Source: Candidatus Calditenuis sp.
GTDB taxonomy: Archaea > Thermoproteota > Nitrososphaeria_A > Caldarchaeales > Calditenuaceae
DNA length: 9,188 bases
Assembly: GCA_032249575.1 (NCBI GenBank)
Contig: JAVVHL010000049.1
Span: 1 to 9,188, forward strand
Direction of reading: 5' to 3'
This document shows, one piece after another, positions 1 to 7,310 of the stretch. Numbering within the stretch: the first letter of the stretch is position 1; each line of letters starts with the position of its first letter. Under the pieces are notes generated by a model. That model saw only the letters and a program-made list of their open reading frames with translations. It did no database searches and was not told the DNA's origin. Both the position numbers and the translations under genes were made by a program.

Positions 1-143
1 GGCCCCAGAACGTGGTGGCGAAGACCTTGAACCTCCTCACCGTCTCCAGAGGGTTGGGTGCCGTATTTCTCCCCTGAGATCGACGGGGTCTCGGAAGGGG
101 ATTCAGGGCCCTTGTCTGATCCGTGTGGCTGAAGCTCGATCGA

Positions 144-506
144 TCACGAAGGAGCCGCTGGCAGCATCAAAAGCGCCGAGAGCGCGGCCACAACCAATCC
201 GGTGATCGCCGTGAACTTCCACTCTCGCCTAGCGGCGAAGTAGACCAGCGAGATCACGGCCCTCGAGTAGGGGGTGAGCATCAAAGTTGCGACGCCTGCC
301 TTCATGAGGACGACGGAAAGGCTCGGGCCCTCGCCGATGGAGGCCACGAACTCCAGAAAGCTCCTGCTCCTCACGACCCACCGCTCCGATACTGAGACCT
401 CTTCGCCGTGCTGGAGGAAGTAGAGCGAAATGCCGAGGGCCATCAGGGCCAACGAGGCCGTCGTGCCAGCCAGCATCAGAAGCCCGAGAACCCTCTCCAG
501 CCTCAA
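144..506 (-). CDS. Small integral membrane protein, DUF1634-like (about 4 hydrophobic segments)
   Basis: The 120-aa ORF has clear hydrophobic helices (VLGLLMLAGTTASLALMALGISLYFL; VATLMLTPYSRAVISLVYFA; FTAITGLVVAALSALLMLPA). The 'LTPxxRAV...F' segment resembles my recollection of the DUF1634 family. Its TTG start at 504-506 lies 3 nt after the TSUP stop codon (510-512), and TSUP/DUF81 genes are commonly paired with a DUF1634 gene. The competing + strand ORF 123-395 is R/H/D-rich and looks non-coding. Confidence 0.65.
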   Translation of the reverse strand: MRLERVLGLLMLAGTTASLALMALGISLYFLQHGEEVSVSERWVVRSRSFLEFVASIGEGPSLSVVLMKAGVATLMLTPYSRAVISLVYFAARREWKFTAITGLVVAALSALLMLPAAPS

Positions 507-509
507 CCC

Positions 510-1343
510 TCAGACCCCCAGCACCAGGGCCCTGTAGAGCATCACGGAGGCGGAGACGGCGGCCAGCGCGAAGTAGAGCCTCCTCAGGTTCACATCCCTC
601 ATCCGGGTGAGGAGCCTCGAGCCCAGCACCGACCCGAGGGTCGTCCCGAGGGCCATCGGAGCGGCGAGGTCCAAGACCATCAGGCCGGAAGCGACGTAGA
701 CGCCTGCTCCCGCGAGCGCCGTCATCCCCATGATCAGGTTGCTCGTCGAGGTCGAGACCTTGGTCGGCATCTTCAGCACAGTCTCGTGGATCGCGACCTT
801 GAAGGCTCCTGCACCTATGCCCAGCATCCCTGCAACGGCCCCTGCCCAGACCATCGCCAGCCCTCCGTAGAGCGCGTTGGTCAGCTTGTAACTCACCTCC
901 TTTCCCACCGAAGGGTCGAAGTAGGAGCCCTCGAGGTCGAGCCAGGATGAGAACCTGTCCTGCTTCACGGATCCCGGCTCCTGAGGCGACCGGACGACGC
1001 GCGTGAGGAGGAGCGAGGCGATCATCACGGCCGAGAAGGTCAAAGCCACAGCGGTAGGGCTGACCGTGACGGTCAGGAAAGCTCCTGCGACGGCCCCGGT
1101 TATGGTGAAGCACTCGAGGAACATCGCAGCCCTGAGGTTCGTGACGCCCTCGGTGACGAAGGAGGACGAGGAACCGGTCGAAGTGGCGATGACCGAGATC
1201 AGGCTCGACGCGATAACGTGCTTGACAGGGACGCCGAGGAGGACGAGGAGCGGGATCGTGACGCTGGCTCCGCCGAGTCCTGTCAGGGATCCAAGGAAGC
1301 CGGCCGCGAGGGAGACGAGGACCACCTCGACGACGCCCACCAT
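510..1343 (-). CDS. TSUP family (TauE/SafE, DUF81) anion/sulfite-exporter-like permease
   Basis: The 277-aa polytopic membrane protein has the two-fold internal repeat typical of the family: N-half 'GFLGSLTGLGGASVTIPLL' and C-half 'VAGMLGIGAGAFKVAI'. It has an ATG start at 1341-1343, preceded on the coding strand by GGGTGGAACG (Shine-Dalgarno-like GGTGG at 1348-1352). Confidence 0.85.
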   Translation of the reverse strand: MVGVVEVVLVSLAAGFLGSLTGLGGASVTIPLLVLLGVPVKHVIASSLISVIATSTGSSSSFVTEGVTNLRAAMFLECFTITGAVAGAFLTVTVSPTAVALTFSAVMIASLLLTRVVRSPQEPGSVKQDRFSSWLDLEGSYFDPSVGKEVSYKLTNALYGGLAMVWAGAVAGMLGIGAGAFKVAIHETVLKMPTKVSTSTSNLIMGMTALAGAGVYVASGLMVLDLAAPMALGTTLGSVLGSRLLTRMRDVNLRRLYFALAAVSASVMLYRALVLGV

Positions 1344-1418
1344 CGTTCCACCCTCAGGGCCGAGAGGTCATGCGAGGTAGATGAGGGTTCCGAATCGGCT
1401 GTCGGGTTGGAGCCGGGA

Positions 1419-3335
1419 TCAGAAGTAACCGAGGAGCCTGCCGAGCAGGAATAGCAGGATGACGAAGAGCCCGATCGCGATGCCGCCGACGTTGACGTTG
1501 CTGCTGCCGGTCTGCATGTACCTGAAGGCCTGGACGAAGTAGACGAAGGCCTTTGCAGAGGCGTAGTTGAGACCGTCGATGACCTTCTCCTCGACGTACT
1601 TCCTGACGGCCGAAGAGAGCCTGATGAATCCGTTGACGAAGACCGCCTCGAAGGCCGCGTCGATGTAGTACCTGTTCACCAAAAGTGTGTGGACCGGCCT
1701 GAGGGCCCCGGACCTCACCGATGCGGGGTCGAGCCTCCCTCCGAGGAAGTAGAGATACGAGAAGAGGAGGCCGGTTCCGAGGATCAGGGCAGAGAGGGCG
1801 TAGGCCATCGGGTCGACCTTGATGTGCTCCTCGACGCCGAAGTAGTGGAGGAACTGCTCCTCAACCCACGGCAGACCTATAACGGTCGAGAGGAACGCGA
1901 GGACGACGAGCGGGACCGTCATAACAGGAGGAGACTCGTGGAGGCCGCCGTGCCCGTCGGCGTGGTGAGGCAGCGACCCCCTGAACTCGCCGAGGAAGAC
2001 CTTGCTGAGCCACCGGAAGCTGTAGATCACCGTCAGTATCGAGGCAGCGGTCACCAGCAGCAGGGGGACCCAGTGCCCTCCCTTCACTAGGGCGTTGACG
2101 ATCAGGTCCTTCGTGAAGAAGCCGCTGAAGGGCGGTATACCTGAGAGGCTGACCACTCCTATGAGCGCCGTGTAGAACGTCACGGGCATGTACCTCCTCA
2201 ACCCTCCCATCCTGTCTATGTCGTTGGTCCCGACCGCGTGGATGACCGAGCCGGATGCCAGGAAGAGCAGGGCCTTGAAGGCCGAGTGGCTGAGGAGGTG
2301 ATAGGTCCCTGCTGTCCATCCGTAGACTGAGCCTGCCCCTATCGCGGTGAACATCAGGGCCAGCTGGCTGATGGTCGAGTAAGCTATGACCCGCTTGATG
2401 TCGTTCATGACGAGGCCCATCGTTGCGGCGAAGAGGGCCGTGAAGCTCCCTATCGTTATCATCAGACCGTACCACTGCTCGAGACCTGCGGTTCCCAGGT
2501 GATGGACGGGGATCAACGTCCAGGAGAAGCGGGCCATCAGGTAGACTCCGGCCTTGACCATCGTGGCGGCGTGGATGAGGGCGCTGACTGGGGTCGGGCC
2601 CTCCATGGCGTCAGGGAGCCAGACGTGGAGCGGGAACTGGGCCGACTTGCCCATCGCTCCGCCGAAGGCCAGCAGCATCACGACCGTCATCAGCCCAGGG
2701 TCTATGCCGTGGAGCTCGACCTCGTGGGCGATCTCGGAGAGGCTGAGCGTGCCGTATTTGGCGAAGAGCAACGCTATGGCCGCGAAGAGCATCACGTCGC
2801 CTATCCTCGTGGTGACGAAGGCCTTGATCCCTGCGTACCGCGCCTCCTTCCTGTGGTAGTAGAAGCTGATAAGTGCATAGCTGCAGATCCCGACGATCTC
2901 CCAGCCGATGTAGAGGCCTGCAAGATTATCGGAGAGGACCAGCAGCGTCATGCCGCCGATGAAGAAGGTCATGAAGAACCAGTACCTCGGCAGACCTTCC
3001 TCGTGGGCCATGTAACCCACCGAGTAGATCAGGATCAGCGTCCCTATCCCAGTGGCTATGGATGCGAGCAGCACCGAGAGCGGGTCCACGAGGAGGCTGA
3101 ACTCGAGCGCCTTGCCGTCGGGGAGCAGGAGCCACGGAGTCGAGAAGACGTAAGACCTGCCTCCGTAGACGTCGGGGACCATCGAGAACGACATCGCAGC
3201 GGTCACCGCTCCCAGCGCTATCGAGTAGACCTCTCCTACCCTCTTGTGGAGCCTGAAGGCGGCAGGGACGAGCACTGATCCGAATACAGGGACGAGCCAA
3301 GCGAGCCAAGGAGCGTAGGGCAGCATGACCCCCAT
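1419..3335 (-). CDS. nuoL: NADH:quinone oxidoreductase subunit L-type (NuoL/ND5; Mrp-antiporter-like) proton-translocating membrane subunit
   Basis: The 638-aa ORF carries the ND5 N-terminal region ([29 protein letters not shown]). It has the antiporter core motifs '[17 protein letters not shown]' and '[38 protein letters not shown]'. The C-terminal segment '[17 protein letters not shown]...VIDGLNY...[18 protein letters not shown]' is typical of the NuoL lateral amphipathic helix plus last TM. An alternative start is Met4 at 3324-3326. A GGGAG element (3339-3343) precedes the ATG at 3335. Confidence 0.9.
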   Translation of the reverse strand: MGVMLPYAPWLAWLVPVFGSVLVPAAFRLHKRVGEVYSIALGAVTAAMSFSMVPDVYGGRSYVFSTPWLLLPDGKALEFSLLVDPLSVLLASIATGIGTLILIYSVGYMAHEEGLPRYWFFMTFFIGGMTLLVLSDNLAGLYIGWEIVGICSYALISFYYHRKEARYAGIKAFVTTRIGDVMLFAAIALLFAKYGTLSLSEIAHEVELHGIDPGLMTVVMLLAFGGAMGKSAQFPLHVWLPDAMEGPTPVSALIHAATMVKAGVYLMARFSWTLIPVHHLGTAGLEQWYGLMITIGSFTALFAATMGLVMNDIKRVIAYSTISQLALMFTAIGAGSVYGWTAGTYHLLSHSAFKALLFLASGSVIHAVGTNDIDRMGGLRRYMPVTFYTALIGVVSLSGIPPFSGFFTKDLIVNALVKGGHWVPLLLVTAASILTVIYSFRWLSKVFLGEFRGSLPHHADGHGGLHESPPVMTVPLVVLAFLSTVIGLPWVEEQFLHYFGVEEHIKVDPMAYALSALILGTGLLFSYLYFLGGRLDPASVRSGALRPVHTLLVNRYYIDAAFEAVFVNGFIRLSSAVRKYVEEKVIDGLNYASAKAFVYFVQAFRYMQTGSSNVNVGGIAIGLFVILLFLLGRLLGYF

Positions 3336-3350
3336 CAGCTCCCATCCGGC

Positions 3351-3360
3351 AGTCTAAAGA
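3351..3360 (-). promoter_or_regulatory. Weak TATA-like element upstream of the nuoL-like gene
   Basis: The coding strand reads TCTTTAGACT. It lies about 20 nt upstream of ATG 3335 and about 29 nt upstream of the alternative Met4 start (3326). The spacing favours a leaderless transcript starting at Met4, but the match to a TATA consensus is weak. Confidence 0.25.
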
Positions 3361-3377
3361 GGTAACTCGGTCCATGG

Positions 3378-3389
3378 CGGACACGTCCG
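3378..3389. promoter_or_regulatory. Short palindrome CGGAC-AC-GTCCG in the divergent promoter region (possible regulator site)
   Basis: This is a 5-bp inverted repeat with a 2-nt spacer, read directly from the sequence. A regulatory function is inference only. Confidence 0.3.
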
Positions 3390-3402
3390 TGGGCCCAAAG
3401 TC

Positions 3403-3420
3403 TTCTCCGCATTCTCCGCA
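3403..3420. repeat. Perfect tandem direct repeat, 2 x 9 nt (TTCTCCGCA TTCTCCGCA), in the nuoL/sucD divergent intergenic region
   Basis: Read directly from the sequence: 3403-3411 and 3412-3420 are identical. The repeat sits just upstream of the sucD TATA-like box. Confidence 0.9.
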
Positions 3421-3433
3421 GAGGGCACCATCG

Positions 3434-3440
3434 TAAAATA
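3434..3440 (+). promoter_or_regulatory. TATA-box-like element upstream of sucD
   Basis: CGTAAAATACC is the only A/T-rich patch of the intergenic region. It is centred about 33 nt upstream of the sucD TTG start. Confidence 0.35.
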
Positions 3441-3469
3441 CCGAGAGGGGCCGTTCTCTACGAGAAGCT

Positions 3470-4363
3470 TTGGCGGTCCTCGTCGACGGCTCTACAAGGG
3501 TCCTCGTCCAGGGGATCACAGGAAGGGAGGGGAGCTTCCACACGGAGGCGATGATCAGGTACGGAACGAAGGTGGTCGCAGGCGTAACGCCTGGCAAGGG
3601 AGGCTCATCGGTTCACGGCGTCCCCGTATACGACTCGGTCGAGGAGGCCATGAGGGCCCATCCGGAGATCAACGCCTCGATCGTCTTCGTCCCCGCACGG
3701 TTCGCCCCCGATGCGGTCTACGAGGCCATCGATGCCGGAATAGGGATGATAGTGGTGATCACGGAGGGGATACCGATCCACGAGGGGATCAGGCTGATCA
3801 GGTACGCGAGGATGAGGGGGGTGAGGGTGATAGGACCCAACACGCCGGGCGTCATAACGCCGGGAGAGTGCAAGCTGGGGATCATGCCGGGGCACGTCTT
3901 CTCGAGGGGGAGGGTAGGCATCGTCTCGAGGAGCGGGACGCTGACGTACGAGGTGGCGATGCAGCTGACCTCTGCAGGCCTTGGGCAGAGCACGTGCATA
4001 GGCATAGGAGGGGATCCGGTGGTCGGGACGGACTTCATCGAGGTCCTCGAGCTCTTCAGACAGGACCCAGGCACCGATGCGGTCGTTCTGATAGGAGAGA
4101 TAGGCGGCGACGCAGAGGAGAGGGTTGCGAGGTACGTGGTCGAGACGGGGTACCCGAAGCCGATCGTGGCCTACGTCGCTGGGAGGACCGCTCCACCAGG
4201 CAAGAGGATGGGGCATGCGGGAGCTATCATATCGATGGGCGTCGGCGACGCCGAGAGCAAGATCAGGGCCCTCTCCTCCGCCGGCATCAGGGTAGCTTCC
4301 ACCCCCTTCGAGATACCAGCGCTCGTGAGGGAAGCCCTCAGCTCGACGACACCGAGGTCCTGA
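3470..4363 (+). CDS. sucD: Succinyl-CoA synthetase (ADP/GDP-forming) alpha subunit
   Basis: The 297-aa ORF matches SucD along its length: CoA-binding '[35 protein letters not shown]', '[20 protein letters not shown]', 'SRSGTLTYE', '[36 protein letters not shown]' and the phosphohistidine loop '[11 protein letters not shown]'. The start must be the TTG at 3470-3472. The frame opens after the TAA at 3434-3436, it contains no ATG or GTG before the conserved QGITG motif, and the next Met would delete that motif. Confidence 0.9.
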   Translation: MAVLVDGSTRVLVQGITGREGSFHTEAMIRYGTKVVAGVTPGKGGSSVHGVPVYDSVEEAMRAHPEINASIVFVPARFAPDAVYEAIDAGIGMIVVITEGIPIHEGIRLIRYARMRGVRVIGPNTPGVITPGECKLGIMPGHVFSRGRVGIVSRSGTLTYEVAMQLTSAGLGQSTCIGIGGDPVVGTDFIEVLELFRQDPGTDAVVLIGEIGGDAEERVARYVVETGYPKPIVAYVAGRTAPPGKRMGHAGAIISMGVGDAESKIRALSSAGIRVASTPFEIPALVREALSSTTPRS

Positions 4364-5759
4364 CCCTCAGCTCTTTGAACCTCCTCTTCAGGTCAAGGCC
4401 CCTCTCCACCGCCAGGGCCACAGCCAGGAGCTCGTGGTCCCGCATGTACCTCCCTACCAGCTGCATCGATATCGGAAGACCCTCAGATGAAAGGGTGTAG
4501 GGCAGCACGATCGCAGGGTGGCCTGTGAGGTTGAAGGGCATCGTGAACGAGAGGAGCGCCGAGTAGACGTCCACCTCCCTTCCTCCGACTTTGACCTTCG
4601 TGAGGCCGGCCTCGGGAGCGGTGATCGGCGACGCGGGGAGCACCAGAGCGTCCAGTTCCTTCAGCACGCTCTCAACAGCGTCTCTCAAAACCTCCCTCAT
4701 CCTCATCGCCCTGACGTAGTCCACCGCCCTGATCCTGAGGCCCTCCTCCAGCATCCTCCTGACGTCGGGCCCGTAATCTTCCGGCCTCTCGAGGACCCAG
4801 TGCTCGTGGACCTCCGAGGCCTCTGCCCTCCTGATGAAGTACCAATACCTCCTGAAGAGCTCGTGGTCCGGGAGTTCAACCTCCACCACCTCGAAGCCCT
4901 TCGCCTCGAGCTCCCTGACGAAAGACTCGGCAGCTCGCTCCACCTCCGGGTCCGCGTTCCCCTCGACCCACGAGCGCAGGTATCCGAGCCTGACTACTGA
5001 CCCGATCGACGACGGGAGCCTGAAGGGCTCTGACCTCTGGGCCAGATCGGGCGATGAGGACGTCTTCGAGAGGGCTGCAGCCGTGTCCCAGACCGAGAGC
5101 GCGTGGAAGCCCACTGTGTCCAGCGACGGAGCCAGAGGGAAGACGCCATCTCTGCTGACGGCCGGATACGAGGGCTTCAGGCCGACCACGCCGCAGAGGG
5201 CAGAAGGGAGCCTGACCGAGCCGCTGGTATCGGTCCCGACAGCGAGGGGAACTAAGCCAGCAGCGACCGAGACCGCCGAGCCTCCGCTCGAGCCTCCAGG
5301 TACCCTGCCCTCCTTCCAGGGGTTGGCCGGCATGCCGAAGTGAGGGTTGACGTTGGTGGCACCGGAAGCGAACTCGTGGAGGTTGGTCGTTCCGACGATC
5401 ACCGCGCCCGCAGACTCGAGGGCCCTGACCACCTCAGCGCTCCTCGCAGGTACCTCTCCCCTCAGGATCCTCGACCCTGCTGTCATGGGAACGCCCTCGA
5501 CCGCAACGATGTCCTTCACTGCCACCGGTATTCCATGAAGCGGCCCCCTGTAGATCCCGGCCTTGAGCTCTCTGGAGAGGTCTGCGGCCCTCGACCTGAC
5601 CCTCTCCTCGAGGACCGTGATGAAGGCCTTCAGCCTCGGGTTGTGTTTCCTGATGCCTTCCAGAGTCTCCTCGACGAGCTCCACGACTTCCAGCTCGCCA
5701 GACCAGATCCTCGGCGCCAGCTCCTCGACGGTCATCCAAGAGTACCTGTGAGGTCCCAT
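4338..5759 (-). CDS. Amidase-signature (AS) family amidase (general amidase rather than GatA)
   Basis: The 473-aa ORF carries the Ser-cisSer-Lys catalytic elements: '[10 protein letters not shown]' (Lys), '[14 protein letters not shown]' and '[23 protein letters not shown]' (nucleophile Ser). The ATG at 5757-5759 is preceded by GGTGGACG (SD-like GGTGG at 5763-5767). An alternative start is Met9 (5733-5735). Confidence 0.9.
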   Translation of the reverse strand: MGPHRYSWMTVEELAPRIWSGELEVVELVEETLEGIRKHNPRLKAFITVLEERVRSRAADLSRELKAGIYRGPLHGIPVAVKDIVAVEGVPMTAGSRILRGEVPARSAEVVRALESAGAVIVGTTNLHEFASGATNVNPHFGMPANPWKEGRVPGGSSGGSAVSVAAGLVPLAVGTDTSGSVRLPSALCGVVGLKPSYPAVSRDGVFPLAPSLDTVGFHALSVWDTAAALSKTSSSPDLAQRSEPFRLPSSIGSVVRLGYLRSWVEGNADPEVERAAESFVRELEAKGFEVVEVELPDHELFRRYWYFIRRAEASEVHEHWVLERPEDYGPDVRRMLEEGLRIRAVDYVRAMRMREVLRDAVESVLKELDALVLPASPITAPEAGLTKVKVGGREVDVYSALLSFTMPFNLTGHPAIVLPYTLSSEGLPISMQLVGRYMRDHELLAVALAVERGLDLKRRFKELRVRTSVSSS

Positions 5760-5762
5760 CGT

Positions 5763-5767
5763 CCACC
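5763..5767 (-). promoter_or_regulatory. Shine-Dalgarno-like GGTGG upstream of the amidase ATG
   Basis: The coding strand reads GGTGGACG-ATG. The same GGTGG(A)ACG-ATG arrangement precedes the TSUP gene (1348-1352). GGTG is complementary to the conserved archaeal 16S rRNA 3' end (..CACCUCC). Confidence 0.4.
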
Positions 5768-5811
5768 GATCGAGCCCTCAGAAGATAAGCCCATCCGCGA
5801 AAGGGCAGCGC

Positions 5812-6600
5812 TCAGTCGGGAAGGAACCTCCTCCTGACCCTCGAGCTGACGAAGTCGATCCCCAGGACGAAGGCCAGCAACACCAACAGGGCCGTGCTGA
5901 GGGACCTGTAATCCAAGACCTGGATGTAGGAGAGGATGTAGAACCCGATGCCTCCTGCTCCGACAAGCCCTAGGATCGCCGAGGCCCTGACGTTGTACTC
6001 GAACATGAAGAGCGACTGGCTGAGGATGTAATTTGCGGCCTCTGGGATGACGACGTACCTCATCTCCGCCAGCTTCCCCACCCTCATGACCCTCGCGGCC
6101 TCGAGGACCTCCCTGTCGACGGCGTCGAAGGCCTCGTAGAGGAGCTTGGAGAGGTAACCCGTGGAGTACATCGCTGTTCCCAGAACACCAGCGAGGGGCC
6201 CGAACCCCACCGTCACGACGAAGATGAGGGCCCAGATGATCGCTGGGACCGTCCTGATGGCCGAGAGGAGGAAACGGAGGGGCACCGTGACCTGTGGGCC
6301 GAAGAGGGACCTGGTGCTCAGGAGCGCCAGAGGCACTGAGAAGGCCACGGCGATCGTCGTCCCTGCGAAGGCTATCATCACGGTCTCGAGCATGCTCAAA
6401 ACCAGCGTCGGCATGGGCCTTGGATCTGGCGGGAGCATCTCAGCGACGAATGCGGGCAGGTTGCCGAGCCGTGAGATCACCGAAGGGTCGAAGGCGCCGA
6501 ACCTGAAGAGGAGGGCCAGCGTGATTAGGGCTAGGAGCAGCTGGGTCAACAGGCCGAATGGAGGCCTCTGGGGAGGCCTGGGGAGTGTGCGGGCCCTCAA
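5812..6600 (-). CDS. phnE: Phosphonate-type ABC transporter permease (PhnE family)
   Basis: The 262-aa polytopic protein has PhnE-like segments: 'LETVMIAFAGTTIAVAFSVPLALL' and 'EAARVMRVGKLAEMRYVVIPEAANYILSQSLFMFEYNVRASAILGLVGAGGIG' (the GAGGIG hallmark). The TTG start at 6598-6600 overlaps the phnC stop (TTGA overlap), which implies translational coupling. The next Met would remove TM1. Confidence 0.85.
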   Translation of the reverse strand: MRARTLPRPPQRPPFGLLTQLLLALITLALLFRFGAFDPSVISRLGNLPAFVAEMLPPDPRPMPTLVLSMLETVMIAFAGTTIAVAFSVPLALLSTRSLFGPQVTVPLRFLLSAIRTVPAIIWALIFVVTVGFGPLAGVLGTAMYSTGYLSKLLYEAFDAVDREVLEAARVMRVGKLAEMRYVVIPEAANYILSQSLFMFEYNVRASAILGLVGAGGIGFYILSYIQVLDYRSLSTALLVLLAFVLGIDFVSSRVRRRFLPD

Positions 6601-7304
6601 AGGGCCCTCACCAGATCCTCGGGAGCGATGGACCCCGCCTCGCCCTCGAGCACGACCCTCCCTTCCCTGAGCACTGCGACCCGGTCCGCATATCTCGGGA
6701 CCAGGTGGACGTCGTGCGTCGTTATCGCGAAGCCCACTCCCCTTGACCTCAGCTTCCTCACCAGCTCCAGCACCTCGATCGTCGTCAGGGGGTCCAGCTG
6801 GGAGACGAACTCATCTGCTAAAACGAGCTCAGATCCGTGCATCAGGCTCCTGGCAATCGCGACCCTTTGCTTCTGGCCGCCGCTCAGCTCCCTCGCCCTC
6901 TTCCACACCACGTCGCCCAGCCCCAGCAACTCGAGGACCTCCTCAGCCCTCTCGACCTCCTCCCTCGGGAACCGGCCGAGTAGGGCCCACGCCTTGGGAG
7001 ACCTGTCGAAGGCCCCGAGCAGGACGTTCTCCAGAACGCTCATGTTGCCCACGACGCCTATCCCTTGAGGTATGTAGCCTATCCTGGGATCGCTGAGCTC
7101 GACGCCCGAGTCGTCGACCGCCACAACCCTACCCCTCTTGGGCTTCAGGAGGCCCGCTGCGACCTTGAGGAGCGTCGTCTTTCCTGAACCGCTCCTACCC
7201 AGGACCATCGTTACCTCACCGGAGCTGAAGGCGATGTTCACTCCTCGCAGCACGTCGACGGGGTTCCTGTAGCTGAACCAGACATCCTCGAGCCTCAGCT
7301 GCAC
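6597..7304 (-). CDS. phnC: Phosphonate-type ABC transporter ATP-binding protein (PhnC family)
   Basis: The 235-aa ORF has Walker A 'GRSGSGKTT', Q-loop 'IGYIPQG', ABC signature 'LSGGQKQRVAIARSL', Walker B/D-loop 'LVLADEFVSQLD' and H-loop 'ITTHDV'. The GTG start at 7302-7304 lies 6 nt after the phnD stop. Confidence 0.85.
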   Translation of the reverse strand: MQLRLEDVWFSYRNPVDVLRGVNIAFSSGEVTMVLGRSGSGKTTLLKVAAGLLKPKRGRVVAVDDSGVELSDPRIGYIPQGIGVVGNMSVLENVLLGAFDRSPKAWALLGRFPREEVERAEEVLELLGLGDVVWKRARELSGGQKQRVAIARSLMHGSELVLADEFVSQLDPLTTIEVLELVRKLRSRGVGFAITTHDVHLVPRYADRVAVLREGRVVLEGEAGSIAPEDLVRAL

Positions 7305-7310
7305 TCCCTT

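Noticed and set aside
1-120. A possible gene fragment at the left edge. One reading is a + strand C-terminus (frame 3, ...AKTLNLLTVSRGLGAVFLP, stop at 75-77). The other is a minus-strand gene start (GTG at 38-40, MRRFKVFATTFWG..., preceded by GGAGACG).
   Set aside because: The two candidate frames share their wobble positions, so GC3 bias cannot discriminate between them. Each fragment is under 25 codons and has no recognisable motif. It cannot be called from this window.
105-143. Short perfect palindromes AGGGCCCT (105-112) and TCGATCGA (136-143) downstream of the DUF1634 stop, considered as possible terminator hairpins.
   Set aside because: Loop-less 8-bp palindromes are common by chance in GC-rich DNA. 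There is no following T-tract of the kind used for archaeal termination.
229-1113. A 294-aa minus-strand ORF, plus the + strand ORFs 123-395, 408-950 and 1003-1380, all overlapping the DUF1634 and TSUP genes.
   Set aside because: They are extremely Arg/Pro/Gly/His/Asp-rich, low-complexity translations in alternative frames of a clearly membrane-protein-coding region. These are typical high-GC shadow ORFs.
1419-3335. Interpreting the NuoL-like gene as MrpA/MnhA, as DabB of a DAB CO2-uptake system, or as an Mbh/Mbx subunit.
   Set aside because: There are no mrpB-G, dabA (DUF2309) or hydrogenase genes on either flank. The size and C-terminal lateral-helix region fit NuoL better than the longer MrpA (which has a fused MrpB-like extension) or the shorter DabB/MbhH. 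This cannot be fully excluded without a phylogeny.
1689-3597. ORFs 1689-2090(+), 1861-2475(-), 2499-3278(+), 2554-2859(+) and 2926-3597(-), which overlap nuoL and the intergenic region.
   Set aside because: They lie in alternative frames or antisense to a full-length, motif-rich NuoL ORF. Their compositions are R/D/E/H/P-rich without motifs. ORF 2926-3597 would run through the divergent promoter and into sucD antisense.
4338-5759. Calling the amidase GatA (Glu/Asp-tRNA amidotransferase subunit A).
   Set aside because: No gatB or gatC is adjacent. The region after the Lys motif reads '[25 protein letters not shown]' rather than the GatA-typical 'NMDEFAMGSSTE' pattern. This fits a generic AS amidase.
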